Below are positions 1 to 4,400 of a DNA stretch of 5,603 nt, piece after piece. Made by a program: the position numbers and the translations under genes. Origin of the DNA: a virus. Below the pieces are notes generated by a model. That model made no database searches. It saw only the letters and a program-made list of their open reading frames with translations, and was not told the origin of the DNA. The first letter of the stretch is position 1. Each line of letters opens with the position of its first letter. The stretch is taken from positions 1 through 5,603 of IMG/VR virus record IMGVR_UViG_3300045988_013077. One strand, written 5' to 3'.

Positions 1-55
1 AACCCGGCAACACTGAACACAGGAGATGAAAATATAGAATACGCATCAGGCGGAG
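1..55. repeat. Terminal redundancy, copy 1. Bases 1-55 are identical to 5549-5603, an overlap left by assembling a circular genome of unit length 5548 nt.
   Basis: Direct comparison: aacccggcaacactgaacacaggagatgaaaatatagaatacgcatcaggcggag occurs at both window ends. The reading frame of the capsid ORF is continuous across the join (5548 mod 3 = 1, so 5018 and 157+5548 are in the same frame). Confidence 0.95.
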
Positions 56-1149
56 GAAAAGAAGACGAAATCAGTGAAGAAACAATTCTAGCGGACGCAC
101 AAAATGGCGGATACTGTTTACCTGTAAGCCGCTTCCACGATTATTTCTCATCCTGTATGCCCTTCCCTCAACGTGGGCCGGAAGTGACAATTGCACTAAC
201 CGGAAATGCACCTGTAAAAATGTTCGATGACGTACAAATGACCGACCCATATTTCGGAAGCATCTACTTAGGAAACGAACTGGGCAAGTTTGAAGCAAGT
301 GCATCAGACCCAACAGAAGTAGGCGGCCAAAATGTAACCGGCCAAGGAATCCCATATAAATACATGGGTGCAGACCTCCAGAACGTCGAAGCAACAACCA
401 TCAACCAGTTAAGGCAGGCCTTTGCAGTACAACACTATTACGAAGCGCTGGCGCGTGGCGGCAGCAGATACCGTGAGCAGGTGCGAGCACTTTTTGGCGT
501 AAGCATCAGCGACAAAACTGTTCAGGTTCCGGAATACCTAGGCGGTGGACGGTATCACGTCAACATGAACCAAATCGTACAGACCAGCGGTCAGGAAACA
601 GACAGCGGAACACCTATTGGTGAAACGGGCGCAATGTCAGTAACGCCTATCAATGAAAGTTCCTTTACAAAGAGCTTTGAGGAGCACGGCTTTATAATTG
701 GTGTTATGTGTGTGCGTCACGACCACAGCTACCAACAGGGAATTGAACGATTCTGGAGCCGAAGAGACCGATTGGACTACTATTTCCCGCAGTTCGCAAA
801 TATCGGAGAACAGCCTGTCAAAAAGAAAGAAATCATGGTGACCGGCACAAGCACAGACGATGAAACATTTGGATATCAGGAAGCTTGGGCAGACTATCGC
901 ATGAAACCGAACCGTGTAAACGGCAAAATGCGAAGCAATGCAGAAGGAACGCTGGACTTCTGGCACTATGCGGACAACTACGAAACCGTGCCGACACTCA
1001 GTCAAGAGTGGATGAACGAAGGTAAAACAGAAATCGCACGGACACTCATCGTACAGGATGAGCCGCAATTTTTCGGGGCAATTCGAGTGATGAACAAAAC
1101 GACACGTTGCATGCCGCTGTATAGCGTGCCGGGTCTAGAGAAACTGTAA
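1..1149 (+). CDS. VP1: Major capsid protein VP1, C-terminal 382 codons. It is 5'-partial only because of where the circle was cut. The track ORF 157..1149 is the same frame truncated to its first internal ATG.
   Basis: The frame is open from base 1 (NPATLNTGDENIEYASGGGKEDE...RFHDYFSSCMPFPQRGPEV...). Conserved microvirus capsid blocks are present: HDYF.SC.P.PQ.G, TINQLRQAFAVQHYYEALARGGSRYREQVRALFGV and PEYLGGG. TAA stop at 1147-1149. Confidence 0.93.
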   Translation, partial: NPATLNTGDENIEYASGGGKEDEISEETILADAQNGGYCLPVSRFHDYFSSCMPFPQRGPEVTIALTGNAPVKMFDDVQMTDPYFGSIYLGNELGKFEASASDPTEVGGQNVTGQGIPYKYMGADLQNVEATTINQLRQAFAVQHYYEALARGGSRYREQVRALFGVSISDKTVQVPEYLGGGRYHVNMNQIVQTSGQETDSGTPIGETGAMSVTPINESSFTKSFEEHGFIIGVMCVRHDHSYQQGIERFWSRRDRLDYYFPQFANIGEQPVKKKEIMVTGTSTDDETFGYQEAWADYRMKPNRVNGKMRSNAEGTLDFWHYADNYETVPTLSQEWMNEGKTEIARTLIVQDEPQFFGAIRVMNKTTRCMPLYSVPGLEKL

Positions 1150-1160
1150 AGAAAGGAGGA

Positions 1161-1188
1161 AGCCGGGCAAAAACCCGGCTATTTTCAA
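1161..1188 (+). terminator. GC hairpin plus T-rich tail between VP1 and VP2, an intrinsic terminator/attenuator candidate. It lies between the VP2 Shine-Dalgarno and the VP2 start codon.
   Basis: agccggg (1161-1167) / caaaaa / cccggct (1174-1180) forms a perfect 7-bp stem, followed by attttcaa. AAGGAGG lies at 1153-1159 and the VP2 ATG at 1189. Confidence 0.5.
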
Positions 1189-2073
1189 ATGCCAATTCCA
1201 TGGGGAACAATTCTAAAAGGAGTAAATGTACTCGGCAATGTTGCATCAAGTATAGGAAGCATAACAAACGCCACAAAAAACATTGCAGGAAGCTTTGGAG
1301 GTTGGGGAAACGAAGGAACAGGCCAAAGCAGTGGAGGAAGTGTAAGCCAAGGCGGTGGAGCATCTGTAAGCGGAAGCCAAAGCGGAACAAATGATGAACA
1401 AATCGCAAAATATTTGCAGCAAGCATACGGATACCAAAGCGCAGAAGGCATAGCACAGCAAAAATACAACCAAAAAAGTATGCTTCAACAGATGGGATAC
1501 AACACAATGCAAGCCATCACACAAGGCATATACAACCACATCGAAAACACAGCCGCAATGAATTATAACAGCGCCGAAGCGCTAGCAAACAGAGAATTCC
1601 AAGAGCGGATGAGCAACACAGCATATCAAAGAACGGTTGAGGACATGAAAAAAGCAGGTCTAAACCCAATTCTTGCATTTGCAAACGGCGGAGCGAGCAC
1701 ACCGGGAGGATCAGCAGCAACAATCAGCGGAGCAAGTATGGGACTAGCAAGTAGCAGCGCACTAGGAGTCAGCAGAAGCGGCGGATTTGTTCCAAACTCA
1801 TACAGCAGCACGAGCTGGAGTAAATCAGATTGGTATAACGCATCACAAAGCTGGAACCAGATGCTAAGTGAAACACATCTAAGTCCTTACGGCTTGCAGA
1901 AAGCACTAACAAATATCGGAAACAAAACAGACGAGACAATCGAAAATGTGACTGATAAAATGGGGAAAAAAGCAGCCGATAGTGACAAAAGAGGAAACAA
2001 ACCAAACAACCCAATGCAAGACAAAACAGGAGCATATGGACAAAAGAGAAAAGCGGGTGATTACCTAAAATGA
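1189..2073 (+). CDS. VP2: Minor capsid / DNA pilot protein (Microviridae VP2, gpH analogue), 294 aa.
   Basis: It sits directly downstream of VP1. The N-terminus is rich in Gly/Ser and small residues, followed by the block [24 protein letters not shown], which I recognise as the conserved VP2 signature of gokushovirus-like phages. No alternative in-frame start exists between the upstream TAA (1147) and 1189. Confidence 0.85.
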   Translation: MPIPWGTILKGVNVLGNVASSIGSITNATKNIAGSFGGWGNEGTGQSSGGSVSQGGGASVSGSQSGTNDEQIAKYLQQAYGYQSAEGIAQQKYNQKSMLQQMGYNTMQAITQGIYNHIENTAAMNYNSAEALANREFQERMSNTAYQRTVEDMKKAGLNPILAFANGGASTPGGSAATISGASMGLASSSALGVSRSGGFVPNSYSSTSWSKSDWYNASQSWNQMLSETHLSPYGLQKALTNIGNKTDETIENVTDKMGKKAADSDKRGNKPNNPMQDKTGAYGQKRKAGDYLK

Positions 2074-3089
2074 GTTGTTACAAGCCGTTAATACGACTGT
2101 ACAACCCGAATGATAGAGAACAGAGCGGGCGAGTATATTCACTCGCCCGCTTTTCTCAGTTATGCGGGAAACAGATGAAATACGAAGATTTAATGTATAA
2201 TCCAAAAGTCATGCTAATTCCATGCGGACAATGTATAGGATGCAGAATCAGACAAAGAGAGGACTGGACAACGCGCATAGAGCTGGAAGCACGAGACTAT
2301 CCGAAAGAAGAAGTATGGTTTATAACACTAACATATGATGACGAACATGTGCCGGGCATGATAGTAAAAACAGGTGAAATCATGCGAAAAGTACAATACA
2401 CGTGGAAACCGGGAGAGAAGCGCCCTAGCAGTGTTCAAATTTTACTGTATGAGGATATTCAAAAGTTTCTAAAACGCCTCAGGAAGGCTTACAGGGGCAA
2501 ATTACGCTATTTTGTAGCGGGTGAGTACGGAGAACAGACAGCGAGACCACATTATCACATGATTCTATACGGCTGGAAACCAACAGACCTAGAAAACCTA
2601 TACAAGATTCACCACAACGGATACTATACCAGTGAATGGCTAAAAGGTCTGTGGAGAATGGGTCAAATACAGATAGCACAAGCAGTTCCAGAAACCTATA
2701 GATATGTTGCAGGATACGTTACAAAAAAAATGTACGAAATAGACGGTAAAAAAGCTAATGCGTACTACAAGCTAGGGCAAACAAAACCATTCGCATGCAT
2801 GAGCTTAAAGCCGGGTCTAGGAGATCACTACTATCAAGAACACAAGGCAGAAATCTGGCGACAAGGCTACATTCAGTGTACCAACGGAAAAAGAGCACAA
2901 ATACCGAGATACTATGAAAAACAAATGGAAGCAGAAAACCCACAAAGATTGTGGAGAATTAAACAGAACCGACAAAAAAACGCAATGCAGCAGAAGAGAC
3001 TACAGGTAGAGAATCAAGATTATAAAACCGTCTTAGAGACCAAAGAGCGTGTCACGAAAAAACAAACGAAAAAGAGTGGTATTTTGTAA
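2070..3089 (+). CDS. VP4: Rolling-circle replication initiator (HUH endonuclease; Microviridae VP4 / gpA-like), 339 aa.
   Basis: The start overlaps the VP2 stop as ATGA (2070-2073). RCR motif 1 is FITLTYD (aa 84-90). The HUH motif is PHYHMILYG (H161/H163, nt 2550-2558). The Tyr motif is [11 protein letters not shown] (Y212/Y216). The Cys-rich N-terminus ([13 protein letters not shown]) is typical of microvirus Rep. Confidence 0.93.
   Translation: MSCYKPLIRLYNPNDREQSGRVYSLARFSQLCGKQMKYEDLMYNPKVMLIPCGQCIGCRIRQREDWTTRIELEARDYPKEEVWFITLTYDDEHVPGMIVKTGEIMRKVQYTWKPGEKRPSSVQILLYEDIQKFLKRLRKAYRGKLRYFVAGEYGEQTARPHYHMILYGWKPTDLENLYKIHHNGYYTSEWLKGLWRMGQIQIAQAVPETYRYVAGYVTKKMYEIDGKKANAYYKLGQTKPFACMSLKPGLGDHYYQEHKAEIWRQGYIQCTNGKRAQIPRYYEKQMEAENPQRLWRIKQNRQKNAMQQKRLQVENQDYKTVLETKERVTKKQTKKSGIL
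2124..2156 (+). promoter_or_regulatory. Perfect 11-bp GC-rich hairpin with loop ATATTC and a TTTTCT tail, inside codons 19-29 of the rep gene. It is an attenuator or ori stem-loop candidate.
   Basis: agcgggcgagt (2124-2134) / atattc / actcgcccgct (2141-2151), then tttct. Checked base by base. Confidence 0.5.
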
Positions 3090-3102
3090 TCGGTGTCACC
3101 TA

Positions 3103-3140
3103 GCCCAGTACCTATCAAGTAAGGTACTGGGCATTATTAT
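3103..3140 (+). terminator. Hairpin 14 nt after the VP4 stop, a candidate terminator of the VP1-VP2-VP4 transcription unit. The U-tract is weak and interrupted.
   Basis: gcccagtacct (3103-3113) / atcaagta / aggtactgggc (3122-3132) forms a perfect 11-bp stem, followed by attattat. Confidence 0.55.
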
Positions 3141-3146
3141 TCTAAT

Positions 3147-3197
3147 CGCGCACACACGTGCACGCGAAAAGCCACACGCGCACGCGTGCGCACGTAT
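3147..3197. repeat. Two strictly alternating pyrimidine-purine (CG/CA/TG) tracts of 20 and 25 nt separated by AAAAGC. They contain nested palindromes.
   Basis: cgcgcacacacgtgcacgcg (3147-3166) and cacacgcgcacgcgtgcgcacgtat (3173-3197) alternate Y-R without a break. The palindromes are CGTGCACG (3157-3164), CACGTG (3155-3160) and GCGCACGCGTGCGC (3178-3191, 14 bp perfect). Confidence 0.85.
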
Positions 3198-3214
3198 TAT
3201 AATATAACTTGTTG

Positions 3215-3229
3215 TAGTAGTAGTAGTAG
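3215..3229. repeat. (TAG)5 trinucleotide microsatellite, preceded by (TTG)2.
   Basis: cttgttg tag tag tag tag tag gg, read directly. Confidence 0.95.
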
Positions 3230-3266
3230 GGTATGTGGAAAAGTTGAAAACTATAATTTTAAAACG

Positions 3267-3280
3267 TTATCACGTGATAA
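3267..3280. promoter_or_regulatory. Perfect 14-bp palindrome TTATCACGTGATAA, a candidate binding site (operator) for a dimeric protein.
   Basis: Its reverse complement equals itself. It lies between the solitary iteron copy and cluster A. Confidence 0.45.
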
Positions 3281-3344
3281 ATAAGAAAAATTCCTTGTTG
3301 AAAACTTTGTTGAAAACTTGTTGAATTGTTGAAACACTCTATTG

Positions 3345-3359
3345 TGTTAAAGTTTAACA
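3345..3359. promoter_or_regulatory. 15-bp palindrome TGTTAAA-G-TTTAACA centred between the two iteron clusters.
   Basis: 7+1+7 perfect dyad symmetry, checked base by base. Confidence 0.45.
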
Positions 3360-3436
3360 ATGTTGAAATGTTGAAAACTATGTTGAAAATGTTGAAAACC
3401 CAATAGAAGCAATCCGGAATCGGACGGGAAAGTCAC

Positions 3437-3483
3437 GGCCGCGCTTCGCTGGAAGTTGCGCCGCGTAGCGCGCAACAGCGGCC
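3437..3483 (+). other. Nested GC-rich stem-loop: a 6-bp outer stem enclosing a 7-bp inner hairpin. It is a structured ssDNA/RNA element immediately upstream of the promoter -35.
   Basis: ggccgc (3437-3442) pairs with gcggcc (3478-3483). gttgcgc (3455-3461) pairs with gcgcaac (3470-3476) around the loop cgcgtagc. By eye the local GC content is far above the rest of the genome. Confidence 0.5.
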
Positions 3484-3488
3484 ATTTG

Positions 3489-3517
3489 TTGACAACTCCG
3501 GGTTTTTATGTTATAGT
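3489..3517 (+). promoter_or_regulatory. Near-consensus sigma70/sigmaA-type promoter driving the peptidase gene.
   Basis: -35 TTGACA (3489-3494), an exact 17-nt spacer, and an extended -10 TGtTATAGT (TG at 3509-3510, TATAGT at 3512-3517). It lies 44 nt upstream of the ATG at 3562. Confidence 0.75.
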
Positions 3518-3528
3518 AAAAAAAAAAA
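3518..3528. repeat. A11 homopolymer directly abutting the -10 hexamer, covering the expected transcription start.
   Basis: Eleven consecutive A residues, counted from 3518 to 3528. Confidence 0.95.
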
Positions 3529-3561
3529 TCGCCTCGCTTCGCGCGGCAGAAAGGGGACCAC

Positions 3562-3945
3562 ATGAAGCACGTGAACTATGTAAAAGCAGACTTCGGAAAA
3601 GTAAGCGAGCACTTCAAAGCAAAGGAATTTCAGTGCAAAGACAAAACCGATGGAATACTGATCGCAACCGAACTGCTTGACACACTGGAAAAAATCAGAA
3701 ACCATTTCAACGCACCAGTCATCATAAACAGCGGATACAGAACACCAAGCTGGAACAGCAAAGTAAACGGAGCATCAAATTCATACCACTGCAAAGGAAT
3801 GGCCGCCGATATCGTAGTGAAAGGGCACAGCAGCAGAGAAGTCGCAAAATACACAGACAGTATCATGGAACAGGGCGGAGTAATCAGATACACAAATTTT
3901 ACGCACGTGGATGTGCGTGAAGAACGATACAGAAAGGGGGTGTAA
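3562..3945 (+). CDS. Zn-dependent peptidoglycan peptidase, Peptidase M15 (M15A / Peptidase_M15_3, VanY / L-alanyl-D-glutamate peptidase-like) single-domain endolysin candidate, 127 aa.
   Basis: SD AAGGGG (3551-3556) lies 5 nt before the ATG. The motifs in the family order are F.A.EF.C (aa 18-25), SGYR (57-60), NSYH-x6-D (H76...D83: SYHCKGMAAD) and FTHVD (H115, D117). This gives the H/D/H zinc triad spacing typical of this fold. There is no N-terminal hydrophobic segment. Confidence 0.85.
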   Translation: MKHVNYVKADFGKVSEHFKAKEFQCKDKTDGILIATELLDTLEKIRNHFNAPVIINSGYRTPSWNSKVNGASNSYHCKGMAADIVVKGHSSREVAKYTDSIMEQGGVIRYTNFTHVDVREERYRKGV

Positions 3946-3948
3946 CCA

Positions 3949-4053
3949 ATGGCACTAATCAAGGTGAAAGACCTGCGGGAAGCAATCCAGCTAATCAAAA
4001 CCGTGTTGGAAAAGCTCGACCAGATTTACCACATCCTGAAGGAAAAGGAGTAA
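3949..4053 (+). CDS. Small hypothetical protein, 34 aa, a predicted amphipathic helix. Below the ORF-track size cut-off.
   Basis: ATG at 3949 is preceded by AAGGGGG (3934-3940) with an 8-nt spacer. Translation: MALIKVKDLREAIQLIKTVLEKLDQIYHILKEKE. It fills the gap between neighbouring genes exactly. I recognise no homology. Confidence 0.4.
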   Translation: MALIKVKDLREAIQLIKTVLEKLDQIYHILKEKE

Positions 4054-4057
4054 AACA

Positions 4058-4279
4058 ATGTTACACAAGACATGGAACGTAAGAGACCAGACCGAAAAAG
4101 ATTTAAGGCTTGAAGCGGATAAATTATACCGCGAAATCGAAACCGGATACAAGTTGATAAAGAAAATTTCAGACAAAGAAGAAGCTCATAAAATCATTGA
4201 CAAAATATGGATAATGAAATCATGGGCCAACGATATACAGCTAGAACTAATCCGAAGGGAGTACAGCAATGAAGCATAG
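4058..4279 (+). CDS. Hypothetical protein, 73 aa, highly charged and helical, with no recognisable family.
   Basis: AAGGAG (4045-4050) lies 7 nt before the ATG. It is tightly packed with its neighbours and overlaps the next gene by 11 nt. Confidence 0.55.
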   Translation: MLHKTWNVRDQTEKDLRLEADKLYREIETGYKLIKKISDKEEAHKIIDKIWIMKSWANDIQLELIRREYSNEA

Positions 4280-4388
4280 AAAGAAAATGCCGATGAAAAC
4301 CGACAAGCGCATGTTCAACGTAACGGCACGAAAAACGAAGAGTATCAACCTGAGCCAGAAACCCATGCGGGGCGGCATCCGACTGTAA
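4269..4388 (+). CDS. Small basic DNA-binding/packaging protein (phiX174 J analogue; gokushovirus ORF8-like), 39 aa. Below the ORF-track size cut-off.
   Basis: GGGAG (4257-4261) lies 7 nt before the ATG. Translation: MKHRKKMPMKTDKRMFNVTARKTKSINLSQKPMRGGIRL. 12 of 39 residues are K or R. The K/R-rich N-terminus, the ...RMF..TA.KT... core and the C-terminal PMRGGIRL match the pattern I recall for these proteins. Confidence 0.7.
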   Translation: MKHRKKMPMKTDKRMFNVTARKTKSINLSQKPMRGGIRL

Positions 4389-4400
4389 AGGAGAAAAAAC

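Larger units (their letters stand above)
3243..3399 (+). repeat. Iteron-like array of nine direct copies of GTTGAAAAC (five exact, four one-off variants). There is one solitary copy plus two clusters of four flanking a 15-bp AT-rich palindrome.
   Basis: Exact copies are at 3243, 3297, 3309, 3370 and 3391. Variants are GTTGAATT (3320), GTTGAAAC (3328), GTTGAAAT (3362) and GTTGAAAAT (3382). A degenerate GTGGAAAAG lies at 3235. I found no other exact copy on either strand of the genome. Confidence 0.85.

Noticed and set aside
1147-1188. VP1 and VP2 are in the same frame, separated by one TAA and 13 sense codons, so stop-codon read-through would give a VP1-VP2 fusion.
   Set aside because: The chance of a shared frame is 1 in 3, and 13 stop-free codons is unremarkable. 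TAA is the least leaky stop, and no read-through context or precedent is known to me.
1200-1394. An extremely basic 64-aa ORF (about half K/R, several Cys) overprinted in the +2 frame on the Gly/Ser-rich N-terminus of VP2. It could be a J-like or overlapping gene in the style of phiX174 gene E or K.
   Set aside because: It has no SD of its own, since its ATG is 11 nt after the VP2 ATG. GGA/AGC/AAA-rich low-complexity coding sequence automatically yields Lys/Arg runs out of frame. A proper J/ORF8-like gene already exists at 4269. It would only merit revisiting if the frame proves conserved in relatives.
2723-2730. An A8 homopolymer inside the Rep catalytic-tyrosine motif (YVTKKMY), a possible programmed frameshift or phase switch.
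   Set aside because: It simply encodes Lys-Lys in an A-rich genome. There is no downstream stimulatory structure or useful alternative frame. I flag it only as a likely site of sequencing indel error.
3198-3257. Two perfect TATAAT hexamers (3198-3203 and 3252-3257), which could be additional -10 boxes.
   Set aside because: Neither has a -35-like hexamer at 16-18 nt or a TG extension. The upstream sequences are cacgcg and gggtat, and the TTGAAA at 3244 is only 2 nt from the second box. They sit in generally AT-rich sequence where such hexamers arise easily.
3185-3352. dif-like (XerC/XerD) half-sites. cGTGCGCAcgt (3185-3195) matches 7/11 of the E. coli XerC arm GGTGCGCATAA, and TTgTGTTAAAg (3342-3352) matches 9/11 of the XerD arm TTATGTTAAAT. 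This matters because some microviruses integrate at dif via host XerCD.
   Set aside because: The two half-sites are about 150 nt apart and do not form a contiguous 11-6-11 site. Neither has a suitable partner arm at a 6-nt spacing, and the matches are AT-rich or short. It is still worth a formal scan against the dif site of any predicted host.
3243-3399. Possible CRISPR array or coding tandem repeat (ATGTTGAAA = Met-Leu-Lys repeated).
   Set aside because: The repeats are only 8-9 nt long, with spacers of 0-3 nt within each cluster, far from CRISPR geometry. The tiny ATG-initiated frames hit stops within 4-12 codons and lack an RBS.
3378-3680. Track ORFs 3456..3680 (+, 74 aa) and 3378..3563 (-, 61 aa) inside the intergenic region.
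   Set aside because: Neither has an RBS. The + ORF runs through the promoter and the A11 tract into the peptidase gene out of frame. Both are explained by the GC-rich structured DNA.
4154-4160. TTGATAA, matching the pC194/phiX-type nick-site core (CTTGATA).
   Set aside because: A single 7-mer is expected about 0.3 times by chance in this genome. There is no flanking structure or repeat, and it lies in the middle of a coding region.
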